This document shows, in pieces, positions 52,484 to 62,237 of a stretch of 64,000 nucleotides of DNA. Both the position numbers and the translations under genes were made by a program. Within the stretch, counting starts at the first letter, position 1. Each line of letters opens with the position of its first letter. The notes beneath the pieces were generated by a model, which worked only from the letters and a program-made list of their open reading frames with translations, had not been told where the DNA came from and searched no databases. Origin of the DNA: an uncultured delta proteobacterium (lineage in GTDB: Bacteria > Desulfobacterota > Binatia > Binatales > Binataceae); NCBI GenBank assembly GCA_963765675.1, contig CAVXXK010000006.1:384001-448000 (forward strand). The letters are read 5' to 3'.

Positions 52484-53578
52484 ATGGGCAGGACGCGTTG
52501 GTTCATCACTCGAGCTGCGATAGCTCTCGTGATTGGTATCTACGCCGCGCCAACTCTGGCTGCGGCATCGACGGTCAGCATCACATCACCCGCAAACTCC
52601 GCGACCGTGTCAGGAACAGTCACGGTCGTTTCCACCGTCGCGTCAGGCGTCTGGTGGGCAAAGCTGTATATCGACGGAAAAGGCGGCCCCGTCTCGCCGC
52701 CATACAGCTTCTCCTGGAACTCTACGACTGTGGCTAATGGCACTCACGTGCTGACGGTTGCGGCCTTCGCAAAAGGCGGTACGACGCCGCTCGCCACAGC
52801 GACAATCAACGTGGTCGTTGCGAACAACGCTCCGGCGAGCGCGGTCTATTTCGGCACCTTGGCTCCCGGCTCTGCCCTTCCGACCGACAAGCAGTGCGCC
52901 GCGTTGATTTCGGCCACGCCGGAGAGCGTCCCGCAGAACTCGACGCCAAACAAATTCAGCCTGACGGCGTCGGATTTAGGAACCTTCTATAGCGAACCAT
53001 TCTGGTTCAATTACAGCGCGTCCACGTACACCAATCGCGTAACCGGAGCCTACGCTGGAAGCACCGACATGATCCTCCGCTGGGCGGCGTGCAAGTGGGG
53101 AATCGATGAGGACGTGGTACGGGCCGAGGCGATGCTCGAAAGCGAATGGACCCAGGGCGGTCCCACCTACACGGCTACCAGTCATGTCGGCTGGGGCGAC
53201 CATCGCACGGCAAAGTTGCAATGCGAGACTTCGGCATGGGTCGGTTGGCTCAATCCTCCTGGCGAATGCTGGCAGTCGTGTGGGATCTTTCAAACCAAAG
53301 TCGTTGACTTCAACGTATGGCCGGCCGCCTGCGAAAGCACTGCCTTCAACGCGGATTTCCGCATGGCCTATCAGCGCGCGTGCATGGATGGAAACGGTCC
53401 GTCCTGGTATTCGCGCGATTTCCCGACGGCCGGTTATCCGGCTTATCCCAACGGCAATGCCGATCAGATGTTCTGGGGATGCATGGGCGGCTGGTACTCG
53501 GGCTCATGGTACGACGCGGATGCTCTGACGTACATCGCGGAGCTTAAAAACGTGCTCGCCGCGAAACCATGGCCATAG
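52484..53578 (+). CDS. Secreted protein with bacterial Ig-like domain and lysozyme/SLT-like domain
   Basis: Signal peptide; VSITSPAN...WNSTTVANGTHVLT Ig repeat; WAACKWGIDEDVVRAEAMLESEW...GIFQ. Confidence 0.68.
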   Translation: MGRTRWFITRAAIALVIGIYAAPTLAAASTVSITSPANSATVSGTVTVVSTVASGVWWAKLYIDGKGGPVSPPYSFSWNSTTVANGTHVLTVAAFAKGGTTPLATATINVVVANNAPASAVYFGTLAPGSALPTDKQCAALISATPESVPQNSTPNKFSLTASDLGTFYSEPFWFNYSASTYTNRVTGAYAGSTDMILRWAACKWGIDEDVVRAEAMLESEWTQGGPTYTATSHVGWGDHRTAKLQCETSAWVGWLNPPGECWQSCGIFQTKVVDFNVWPAACESTAFNADFRMAYQRACMDGNGPSWYSRDFPTAGYPAYPNGNADQMFWGCMGGWYSGSWYDADALTYIAELKNVLAAKPWP

Positions 53579-53617
53579 CAGAAAGGCTATCCATTTGGAT
53601 TCGTCGGCGACGGCCGA

Positions 53618-55141
53618 TCACGCAGGCGGGATCGCCTCTGGAAAGTCGAACACTCGCGTCGGATCGACTGCCGCCTTGATCTGCTGGAGGCGTGGCAGAT
53701 TGGCGCCGTAATACTCTTGTTCCCAGTCGGAAAGGGAAGGATCGATAAAGTTCTGGTACGCGCCACCGTCTCCGGCGAATGCCGAAATCGCGCCGTAGAA
53801 ACCGCTCTGCCAGGCCAGATTGGCCGCGATCGTGCGCTGCGAATCGTCTTCACTCCAGCTGAGTGCGATCGTCATCAGCCAGTCGCTGTTGCGATGAACA
53901 AACGCGGTCGCGTCGGGGGCGATAGTGTTGATCTGGCCTCCGGTCTGGAACAGCACCATGTCGGCGCCGCGCGAGGTCCCCGGCCAATCGCGGCACCACT
54001 CGAGCGCGGTCGCGATCGCTTCTGATCCAAACGAACCCACGAAGAACCGCGAGCGCTCCTGGTATTCGCCTGGCCCTTCCGTCAAAGCAAGAAATTTGAG
54101 TTGCGCGTCCCAGTAGTCCATCTGCTGGATCGTCACCTTGGCTGGATTCGCCACGGCAAAAACCGGCGCGAGGATGTCCTCGATGTCGGAGGGCGTGCCG
54201 ACCAACTGCCCCAGCAGGCCGATCGATACATCCTTCCCATGAGCGAACTCGTCGGCAGTGACGGCGCTCAACTGAACTCTCGTGCCCAATTCGTCCGGGC
54301 CTGCCGCCAGCGCCGCGATCAACGTCGATAACACCTCATCAGGATTGACCGTCCAACTGACTTTGAAGACCGTCAGCGGCGACGGCACGGGAAAGGTCTG
54401 GAGGCTGAACGAGGTGTTGATCCCGAAGTTGCCACCGCCTCCGCCTTGGCAGGCCCAGAACAGATCGGGATTGTCGGCGGGCAGCTCGACGACACTGCCG
54501 TCGGCGGTCACGATCTCGCTCGCGACTACTTGATCGGATCCGATCGCGTGCGCGCGCATATTGAAGCCGATCCCGCCGCCCAACAGGAAGCCGGCCGCGC
54601 CCACAGTCTTGCAGCGGCCGTGCGTGATCGTTACCTGCGACGCTTGCAAGGCTGGGTATATTCCGCTGTTGAGCACACCGCCGCCAATCGTCAAGACCCC
54701 GGTCGAATCATCAACTGCGGCTTGATTCATCAACCGGAGATCGATCATCAGACCGGTCGTGGTCGAATATCCGGCGTAAGAATGGCCTCCCGAGCGCGCG
54801 ACCAGCGGTATCTGATGCTGCCGTGCCCATCCGATCGCCTGCGCAACGTCGTTCGCATCAAGGCATCGCGCGATACCCCGGGGATCGACCGATCGGTAGC
54901 GGAGGTTGTTGGGCCTTGCCAGGCGGATAAAGCCGGGGTCGCCCGGCCGCAGCACCGGTCCGGAGAGCAGCCGCGCGAGTTGGCGCCATTCGCTGACGCT
55001 CGCGCCGCTGGCGGTGCCATTGCCGCATCCGGCGTCGAGCAGAAACGACAAGCCCAGACTCGCGCCCGCGACAGTGCGAGCCGAGCGGCCAATAAATTCG
55101 CGCCGGGTGAGCTTTCCCGGATGAACTAAGTCGCCATTCAC
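53618..55141 (-). CDS. Tat-exported berberine-bridge-enzyme-like FAD oxidoreductase
   Basis: TRREFI twin-Arg signal, ARSGGHSY covalent FAD motif, GGGGGNFGI, AYQNF...YYGAN..RL..IK...DP. Confidence 0.88.
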   Translation of the reverse strand: MNGDLVHPGKLTRREFIGRSARTVAGASLGLSFLLDAGCGNGTASGASVSEWRQLARLLSGPVLRPGDPGFIRLARPNNLRYRSVDPRGIARCLDANDVAQAIGWARQHQIPLVARSGGHSYAGYSTTTGLMIDLRLMNQAAVDDSTGVLTIGGGVLNSGIYPALQASQVTITHGRCKTVGAAGFLLGGGIGFNMRAHAIGSDQVVASEIVTADGSVVELPADNPDLFWACQGGGGGNFGINTSFSLQTFPVPSPLTVFKVSWTVNPDEVLSTLIAALAAGPDELGTRVQLSAVTADEFAHGKDVSIGLLGQLVGTPSDIEDILAPVFAVANPAKVTIQQMDYWDAQLKFLALTEGPGEYQERSRFFVGSFGSEAIATALEWCRDWPGTSRGADMVLFQTGGQINTIAPDATAFVHRNSDWLMTIALSWSEDDSQRTIAANLAWQSGFYGAISAFAGDGGAYQNFIDPSLSDWEQEYYGANLPRLQQIKAAVDPTRVFDFPEAIPPA

Positions 55142-55258
55142 GAAGCTGCGCGCTCGCTTTCAAAAGACACGTTCATCTCCCTGCGATTGATCGCTCGCAT
55201 CTATAGCAGGAATTCAGTCAGTGCGCGCTCGACCTCCGGGATGGCTCAGCCGCGCCAT

Positions 55259-57805
55259 TCAGCGCGCGCCGATCGTGGGCTCGGGCAGTGCACGAAACGC
55301 GCGCGCCGTCATCGAACGCGGGGTCGCATCGACGGTGATCGCGCCGTCGCGATCCGTGCGCAGCACCGTCGCGCTCGCTGCCTCGTAGCGATCAAGCACT
55401 GCGGCGGCGGGAAAATGGAAGCGATTGCGATAGCCGTCGGAGATCACCGCGACGATCGGATGCACCGCAGTGATAAATCCCTCTGTCGACGAAGTCGCGC
55501 TGCCGTGATGCGGCACTTTCAGCACCGCGGCATGCAAATCCTCGCCGCTCGCGACCAGCGCGTCCTCGCCCGGCGCCTCGATATCGCCGGTGAACAGGAA
55601 CGTCGATTTGCCCAGCGCGAGACGCAGGACCAGCGAGCTGTTGTTGTGCGTCTCGGCGCGGGCGGGCTCGGGATTCATCGCGCTGAGCGACACGCCGCCG
55701 ATCGCGCCTAGCGCTGGAGAGCCGGCTATCGTCCTTTGCGGTACGCGGTCGCGCTCGAGCGCCGCCATCAGAGCGTCGAAGCTGCGATCGGTGCTCGACG
55801 CGCCCGACGACCAGAAAACTCCCGGCGAAAAGTTATCCGCGATAAAGGCGAAACCGCCGAAATGGTCCAAATCCGGATGACTCAGGACCAGGTAATCGAC
55901 GTGCATAATCTTTCGCGACCACAGGTATGGCGCGACCACGCGCTCGCCGTAATCGTAGCCGCGATACGATCCTCCCGCGTCGATCAGCATCACGCGCGAG
56001 CCGGGGAAGCGAACCACGGCGCCGTCGCCCTCGCCCACCGACAGGAATGTGACGCGCAGATCCGGGCTGAAGTATCGATCGCGCAGCCACCATCCCGCGT
56101 CGGCGACGAGAACCGCGACGATCGCTGTGGCCGCAGCCCCGCGCCATCCGATTCGCGCGGGAGAATGCGCCTCCGGAATCCGCGAGCCGCTCCTGATGCG
56201 CGGATCTTCTTTTCGCGGAGCGCCGAGCCATAGCAGCATCGCGCCGTATGCGAGCGCGAGTTCCAAAAGCGTCGGCGTGAAGGTTCGCATCCACGCCATC
56301 GGCCACGACAGAAACCATCCGGCAAGAAAGTTGGACAATTCGAGTGCATGCGCTCCAACTCGCAAAACCGCGCGCGCACCCGGCGTCCAGATGAAGCTCA
56401 GAATCGCGGCGCTCAGGCCGCAAAGCGTCGCGCAGAATCCCATGATTGGCACCACGACCGCGTTGGCGAATAGCCCGACGATCGCGAACTGATTGAAATG
56501 AAACGCGGTCAGCGGCGCTGTTCCCAGCATCGCCCAGAACGAAACCGCCACATACGCGAGCACGCCTCCGGCAATCGTCCACCCGTACGCCGGCCCCTCG
56601 CGCGGAAGGCGACGCCGATAGCGCCGCCAGGTCAGCCATGCCGCGAAGCGCTGCATCCCCATGATGATCGCGATCACCGACGCAAACGAGAGCTGAAAGC
56701 CCAGGTCCGCGGTTGAGCCGGGAATCGTCACGCAGATCACGATCGCGGCGAATGCGAGGCTCGCCAGCGCTTCGCGCGAGCGATCGATCACGATCGCGAA
56801 CATGTACGCGAGCACCATCACCAGCGCGCGCACCGTCGATACATGATGCCCCGCGATTGCCGCGTACGCGCACACCGCTACTCCCGCCGCGATGGCAGCC
56901 GTCTTGTTGGCCCATCCGCGGCTCGAGAGGCCCGGCGCGAGCATCATCAGGAGCCGCACGAGCGCGAACACCGCCGCGGCGACGAAGCTCAGATGCAGGC
57001 CCGAGATCACCAGCAGATGCGCCATCCCCGTCAGCGCAAACCGCTGACGCAAATCCTCGCTGATACCGCCGCGATCGCCGATCACGAGCGCACGCATCTC
57101 GGCGCGCTCGGGGTCGTGCAGATTCGCGTCGAAGAACGTGCCGATCCGGTCGCGCACGCTCTCGATCGCGCCCGCGACAATCGGCCTGCGATAACCGACG
57201 GTCGAAAACGCGGCGGTGCCGTACGAATGCTCCGGCGCCGTGATTGTCGCCGAGATTCCGGCGCGCTCGAGGAAGCCCTGGTAGTCGAACTCGCCCGGAT
57301 TACCGTCATTGCGCGGAAAGCGAATCCGCCCCGTCATCCGAATGATGTCGCCGATTCGAAACCGCGCCGGATCGAGCACCGCGATTCTGATTTCCCCGCT
57401 CGAAGCCGAAAGCGGCGCGCCCGATACCGCCGCGCGATCGACCGCGACATACAGATGCGTCAATCCCGGCAAGCGTTGCGGCGTTCGATCGAGCACGCCC
57501 TCGAAGGTGATCTTTTCTCCGTCGGAAAATGCGCGGATTGAATTTGGCGTGACCGCCGGCGCGAGCAGCTCGCGCACCGGAATCGTAGCGGCTGCTACCA
57601 GCGCGACTATCGCAAATGCGTAGCCAAGCCGCGGACGCGCGAACAGGTACGCGCAAATCGCCGCGACGGTTAACGAGATCGCGATCCAGTCCGGCGCGAA
57701 GCAGCGGAAGTTTGCGAGCCCGTCGCCGAGCGCGATTGCTCCCGCGACAACGTAGATCGGCGCGATATCCGCCGCTTTCGCGAGTGCGCCTTGCACGCGC
57801 CGCAC
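55259..57805 (-). CDS. comEC: DNA uptake channel ComEC/Rec2
   Basis: NPGEFDY, GMAHLLVISGLH, GFQLSF, SVGEGD, SHPDLDHFGG, FTGDIE, KVPHHGS. Start codon uncertain. Confidence 0.93.
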   Translation of the reverse strand: MRRVQGALAKAADIAPIYVVAGAIALGDGLANFRCFAPDWIAISLTVAAICAYLFARPRLGYAFAIVALVAAATIPVRELLAPAVTPNSIRAFSDGEKITFEGVLDRTPQRLPGLTHLYVAVDRAAVSGAPLSASSGEIRIAVLDPARFRIGDIIRMTGRIRFPRNDGNPGEFDYQGFLERAGISATITAPEHSYGTAAFSTVGYRRPIVAGAIESVRDRIGTFFDANLHDPERAEMRALVIGDRGGISEDLRQRFALTGMAHLLVISGLHLSFVAAAVFALVRLLMMLAPGLSSRGWANKTAAIAAGVAVCAYAAIAGHHVSTVRALVMVLAYMFAIVIDRSREALASLAFAAIVICVTIPGSTADLGFQLSFASVIAIIMGMQRFAAWLTWRRYRRRLPREGPAYGWTIAGGVLAYVAVSFWAMLGTAPLTAFHFNQFAIVGLFANAVVVPIMGFCATLCGLSAAILSFIWTPGARAVLRVGAHALELSNFLAGWFLSWPMAWMRTFTPTLLELALAYGAMLLWLGAPRKEDPRIRSGSRIPEAHSPARIGWRGAAATAIVAVLVADAGWWLRDRYFSPDLRVTFLSVGEGDGAVVRFPGSRVMLIDAGGSYRGYDYGERVVAPYLWSRKIMHVDYLVLSHPDLDHFGGFAFIADNFSPGVFWSSGASSTDRSFDALMAALERDRVPQRTIAGSPALGAIGGVSLSAMNPEPARAETHNNSSLVLRLALGKSTFLFTGDIEAPGEDALVASGEDLHAAVLKVPHHGSATSSTEGFITAVHPIVAVISDGYRNRFHFPAAAVLDRYEAASATVLRTDRDGAITVDATPRSMTARAFRALPEPTIGAR

Positions 57806-57977
57806 CGGCGGCGCGGTGTGCGCACCCGATTCCGAGATGAGCGTGGCAGCAGCGTTGGCAGCCGCGGCGGCGATCGCGATAGTCCCCCTTTGGACGCCCT
57901 CGCAAGGACATCAAAGCCTACCGGAAGCTGATTATGCTCCGACGAGCGAGGCCGCTGCCAGCCCCGCTGACTCACAG

Positions 57978-59579
57978 TTAATGCACCGGCGCCGAGGCCG
58001 CACCGGGATCGTTTTTGCGCATCAGCAGGATCAGTGGGAGCATACAAAGCGTCGCGATTCCCATCATCCTGATCACATCGATATACGCCTGCGCACTAGC
58101 CGTGTGCAGAATGCGTCCGTAAATCATCCCGAGCGCGCGATTATTGACATTGGCGCCGCCGGAGAGAAAAAGCTGATGCCCCAGTCCCGTCAATTGCGAG
58201 CGCAGCGTCGAATCGAACGGCGTGACCCGCGTCATCAGCGTGGTCTGATGAAACTGCGAGCGCCGCGCGAGCATCGTCGTGACCATCGAAATCCCCAGGC
58301 TGCCGCCGACATTGCGCGAGAAATTCATGATCGACGAGATGTCGTTGTTCTGGTCCTGGCGCATCCCGGAGTACGCCATCGTCGTGATCGGGATGAACAG
58401 GAACGCGAGCCCCATCGACTGGTAGATGCGATAGAACATCGCGGTGCGGAAATCGACGCCCGGGTAGATTCCCGTCATATGCAGCATCGCAAGCCCGGTG
58501 ATCACAAATCCGAACGCGATTAGCCATCTGCCGTCAACGCGCGAGATCAGCGCGCCCACGATCGGCATCGTCACCATCATCGCGAATCCACCCGGCGTCA
58601 GGACCATCCCGGCCTGCTGCGCGGTGTATCCCATCAGCTCCTGCACGTACTCCGGCAGCAGCACGGTGGTCCCGAACAGCACCACCCCGAGCGTGAACAT
58701 CATCGTGGCCGAAACCGCGAAGGTGCGGTTCTTGAACAGCCGCAGATCGATCACCGGACGCTCGACGCGCACTTCCCAGAAAATAAACGCGATCACCGCC
58801 GCGATCCCGACGATCGTGAAGATCGCGATGAACTGCGACTCGAACCAATCGAGACGCTGGCCCTTGTCGAGCACGATTTGCAAGAAGCCCAGCCCGACTG
58901 CGATTAGCCCGAGCCCGATATAATCGATTTGTATTCCGCCCGCGCGCTCGTTGACCTCGCGGATCACGTACGGCGGATCCTCGACCACACGGTAGCTCAG
59001 CAAGAGCGAGATCAGGCCGACCGGAACGTTGATAAAGAAAATCCAGCGCCAGGTGAAATTGTCGGTGATCCATCCGCCCAGGGTCGGTCCGATCGCGGGC
59101 GCGAGTACCACCGCCATCCCATAGACCGCGAACGCCATCCCAAATTCCTCGGGCGCGAAGGTGTCGGCCAGAATTGCCTGCTCGCTCGGCTGCAATCCTC
59201 CTCCGCCCGCGCCCTGGATCACGCGCAGGATAACCAGGATCGTGAGTGAAGGAGCGAGCCCGCACAGAAACGAGCTGAGCGTGAACACCGCGACGCAGAC
59301 CATGTAGAACCGCTTGCGCCCGAACAACCCGGCGAGCCATCCGCTGATCGGCAGCACAATCGCGTTCGCGACCAGGTAGGAGGTCAGGACCCAGGTGCTC
59401 TCGTCGACGCCCGCCGACAATCCGCCCGCGATATGCGGCAGCGCGACGTTGGCGATACTCGTGTCGAGCACCTCCATAAAGGTAGCCAGCGTCACCGTCA
59501 TCGCAACCAGCCACGGATTGTGCGAGGGCCGCCATGCGCGGTCGGATTTGATCTCGGCGGCGAGCGGTGCGGCGCTCAT
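57978..59579 (-). CDS. DHA2 (EmrB/QacA) family MFS efflux transporter
   Basis: FMEVLDTSIANVALP, WVLTSYL, FGRKR, APAIGPTLGG, WIFFINVP; start overlaps the tetR stop (ATGA). Confidence 0.93.
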   Translation of the reverse strand: MSAAPLAAEIKSDRAWRPSHNPWLVAMTVTLATFMEVLDTSIANVALPHIAGGLSAGVDESTWVLTSYLVANAIVLPISGWLAGLFGRKRFYMVCVAVFTLSSFLCGLAPSLTILVILRVIQGAGGGGLQPSEQAILADTFAPEEFGMAFAVYGMAVVLAPAIGPTLGGWITDNFTWRWIFFINVPVGLISLLLSYRVVEDPPYVIREVNERAGGIQIDYIGLGLIAVGLGFLQIVLDKGQRLDWFESQFIAIFTIVGIAAVIAFIFWEVRVERPVIDLRLFKNRTFAVSATMMFTLGVVLFGTTVLLPEYVQELMGYTAQQAGMVLTPGGFAMMVTMPIVGALISRVDGRWLIAFGFVITGLAMLHMTGIYPGVDFRTAMFYRIYQSMGLAFLFIPITTMAYSGMRQDQNNDISSIMNFSRNVGGSLGISMVTTMLARRSQFHQTTLMTRVTPFDSTLRSQLTGLGHQLFLSGGANVNNRALGMIYGRILHTASAQAYIDVIRMMGIATLCMLPLILLMRKNDPGAASAPVH

Positions 59580-60202
59580 CGGCGGCTGCCGCGCCGCTGC
59601 GCCGCCATCTGCGCGCCGAGCCATCCGAGAAATTTGGTCCGCGCGCGGCGAAAGCGCGGATCGTCGGGCCTCATGCCGGTCACCAGCCGCGTCATTTGCG
59701 GGAACGCGGCCGGAAACGCGGTCAGCGCGATAACCGAAAGGAATAACTGGTCGAGGTTGATCCCGCGCGCGACCGCTCCCGCCAGCTGCGAGCGTCGCAG
59801 GCGGGCGTGCACGCTGCGGAACAAACGGCGGCGCTCGGCCTGCGCGACGATTGGTCCGGCGGCGGCTCCCAGCGCCTCCCATTCCAGCATCCGAATCCAG
59901 GCGCCATCGTCGCGGCCGATTTCGCTCCAGTATTGCAGCGCGGCGCCCAGGTCTTCCGGCGTCGAGACGATTGCCTCAGCCTTGTCGGCGATTTTGCGGC
60001 GCAGGACCTCGGCGTAGAGTCCGCGCTTGCTGCCGAAACAATAGAACAGCATGCGCTTGTTGACCCGCGCGCGGCGCGCGATCGTTTCGGTGCGCGCGCC
60101 GGCGAGGCCGCGCGCCGAGAACTCGGCCAGCGCCGCTTTGAGAATCCGCTCGCGAGTACGCGCGAGGTCGCGGATGTTTTTGCTGCGCTTGGTGACCGCC
60201 AT
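59576..60202 (-). CDS. TetR family transcriptional regulator
   Basis: RERILKAALAEFSARG...IARRARVNKRMLFYCFGSK helix-turn-helix. Confidence 0.9.
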   Translation of the reverse strand: MAVTKRSKNIRDLARTRERILKAALAEFSARGLAGARTETIARRARVNKRMLFYCFGSKRGLYAEVLRRKIADKAEAIVSTPEDLGAALQYWSEIGRDDGAWIRMLEWEALGAAAGPIVAQAERRRLFRSVHARLRRSQLAGAVARGINLDQLFLSVIALTAFPAAFPQMTRLVTGMRPDDPRFRRARTKFLGWLGAQMAAQRRGSRR

Positions 60203-60209
60203 GGCTGCA

Positions 60210-60227
60210 ATTAACCGTCTGGTTAAT
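60210..60227. promoter_or_regulatory. Probable TetR operator
   Basis: ATTAACC-GTCT-GGTTAAT palindrome 7 bp upstream of the tetR start. Confidence 0.7.
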
Positions 60228-60289
60228 ACTTTTCAGCATGGCGGCCACGGATGAGTCAAACGTAACGCAAGGCCGAGCAGTTTCACCAA

Positions 60290-60604
60290 TGTCATTCCTG
60301 CGAAAGTGTGTGCCGGCGCGTGAGGGCGAGATTCCTCGCGATTTCCGCCACTCGACGAGACGCACACGCCGCCCTATGCATTGCCTACGCGCGCTCGGAA
60401 TGACACAAAACCAGCGAGAGTTGTCATTCCGAGCCGAGGTTAGCGCCAGCTCTGCGCCGTGCGCATCGTCTCGCGCTGCACAGCCCGCGAGGAATCTCGC
60501 CAGTCGCGAAAGCAGCCCAGCGCAATGGGTTACGCAAAGCTCTCTGGAGGCGCGCCGGATCAGGGATTCCGCGCGCGCGGCAGCCACGCGCGCGGGAATG
60601 ACAC
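60290..60604. repeat. Cluster of GTCATTCC...GGAATC-type palindromic repeats
   Basis: TGTCATTCC at 60290 and 60422, GGAATGACA ending at 60405 and 60603, GGCGAGATTCCTCGCG and its reverse complement, and a variant of the GIY-YIG repeat at 60563-60604. Confidence 0.85.
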
Positions 60605-60691
60605 AGTATCACCACCCCCGCGCTTGCCCGCGTGGGCGACGCCGTTTATATGATCCGAAACGGATCGCAGTTCGTAAGGAGTATCAAACCG

Positions 60692-61216
60692 ATGAGCACC
60701 GTCGACGACGCCCTGACCACCCCCGCCGCAAAGGGCGCACCCGCCGATTCGATAACCGGCTTCCTCGCCGGAGACCATCAGCGCATCGAAAAAATATGGC
60801 TCGACCTCGAGGCGGCGTTCCAGCGCCAGGATTTCAATGCGATGCATGCCAAATCGGGCGAGTTTATCGCCGCGATGCGCCGGCATCTGCGGATGGAAGA
60901 GCAGATCCTATTCCCCGCGATCGAGGAAAAAACCGCGATGCGCACCAGCGGACCGACTCATGCGATGCGCCTGGAGCATCGCGCGATCGAGCGCGTGCTC
61001 GACGGCCTCGCGCCGATGCTCACGGTGCAGGAGCGATGGACCGCGATCCAGGCGATGGAGGGTGAGCTGACCGATCCGTCGGCGCTCTTCCGCAGCCACG
61101 ATGCCAAAGAAGAAATGGTGCTCTATCCGATGGCGGATAAACTCCTCGGCGCGGAGACCGCGCGCAAGCTGGTGGAGAAGATGCGAACAGAGGTTGATTC
61201 GCCGGGTTCGCATTAA
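60692..61216 (+). CDS. Hemerythrin (HHE) domain protein
   Basis: AAGGAG RBS; DHQRIE, RHLRMEEQILFP, EHRAI, HDAKEEMVLYP. Confidence 0.88.
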   Translation: MSTVDDALTTPAAKGAPADSITGFLAGDHQRIEKIWLDLEAAFQRQDFNAMHAKSGEFIAAMRRHLRMEEQILFPAIEEKTAMRTSGPTHAMRLEHRAIERVLDGLAPMLTVQERWTAIQAMEGELTDPSALFRSHDAKEEMVLYPMADKLLGAETARKLVEKMRTEVDSPGSH

Positions 61217-61218
61217 GG

Positions 61219-61303
61219 CGGCCACTAAGACACAAAGACACGAAGAATAATCTTCTTCTTCGTGTCTTCGTGTCTTAGTGGCCGGTTGGATTGTGGCCGG
61301 TTG
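61219..61303. repeat. CCAC(G/T)AAGACAC-type palindromic repeat, copy 2
   Basis: CGGCCACTAAGACACAAAGACACGAAGAA / TTCTTCGTGTCTTCGTGTCTTAGTGGCCG hairpin plus GTTGGATTGTGGCCGGTTG tail. Confidence 0.88.
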
Positions 61304-61308
61304 CGCCT

Positions 61309-62176
61309 TTAATTCTGCTCCCAGAATTCCTTCAGCAGCGTGCTGGTCAGCCGCGGATGTTCTTCCGGGAAGAACAGCTTAGCGCGCGGCACCAGGACCG
61401 TTCGCTTGAGGCCGCCCAGATTCTTCTTGAACCATGCGAGCGACGCCGCCTTGTCGAATGCCGTATCAGCCTCGCCCCAGATAACCTGCGTTGGAATCTT
61501 CGACGCCCGCAAAGCCGGCGTCTGCGCTACCAGCTCCTGCTGGCTGTGCTGCCACTGCGCGAGTCCCTTAAGCCCCTCGATTCTCTTGTCCGAGGCAACC
61601 AGCGGCGCGAGATATACTTCGAGCAACTCGGGCGTCAACGTCTCGGCGGATTCATAGACGCTGCCGAACTGCGCGCGAGCGATACTGACGTCGGCGAGCA
61701 TCATTTTGAACCCCTGCACCACCGCCCCACTCTTCACGCCGGCGTAGAACCCGGTCAGCATTTCGTTGGGCCACAAGTCGTGAACCTCGCAATTGGTCAG
61801 CGTCAGGGTACGAATCCTGTTCGGCGCGGTTGCGGCTAAAACCTGGCTGACGCCGCCCCCCGTGTCATTGCCGCATAGATCGACGCTGTCGATTCCCAGA
61901 GCGTCCAGGAACGCCGACAGCATCCTGGCCTGTCCGCCGAACGACAGGTCGGTGCCGGATTCGATTTCGCCGTATCCCAGGCCCATCAGGTCGGGCGCGA
62001 TACAGCGGCGCGTCGATGCGAGGTCCTCCAGCTCCTCGCGCCACTGGAAGCCGTTTAGAGGAAGACCGTGCACCAACAGGGCCGAGCGCGGACCCTCGCC
62101 GCGCTCGACGTAGGCGATCTCTGCCGAACTTGGTGTTGGCGAACTTTCGCGATGAGTGGAATTGGGCGGCGTTCAT
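61309..62176 (-). CDS. Alpha/beta hydrolase with Asp nucleophile (haloalkane dehalogenase / epoxide hydrolase-like; frameshift ~62120)
   Basis: AAGGAG RBS; corrected IAYVERGEG..ALLVHGLP, APDLMGLG, GNDTGG, IWGEAD, FFPEEHP. Confidence 0.85.
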
Positions 62177-62205
62177 TGTTACTCTCCTTGGTGAGGGATT
62201 AAAGA

Positions 62206-62224
62206 TACATACAGTGTGTATGTA
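62206..62224. promoter_or_regulatory. Probable TetR operator between divergent genes
   Basis: TACATACA-GTG-TGTATGTA perfect 8-bp arms. Confidence 0.78.
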
Positions 62225-62237
62225 ACCTGCGTATAGT

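Noticed and set aside
60290-60604. Possible CRISPR array
   Set aside because: Units are inverted and non-identical rather than regularly spaced direct repeats, and there are no cas genes.
60652-60666. GATCCG-AAA-CGGATC palindrome upstream of the hemerythrin gene as an FNR site
   Set aside because: It does not match TTGAT-N4-ATCAA and is too short to assign.
60238-61065. 275-aa ORF crossing the repeat cluster
   Set aside because: It is translated palindromic repeat sequence and overlaps the real hemerythrin gene in another frame.
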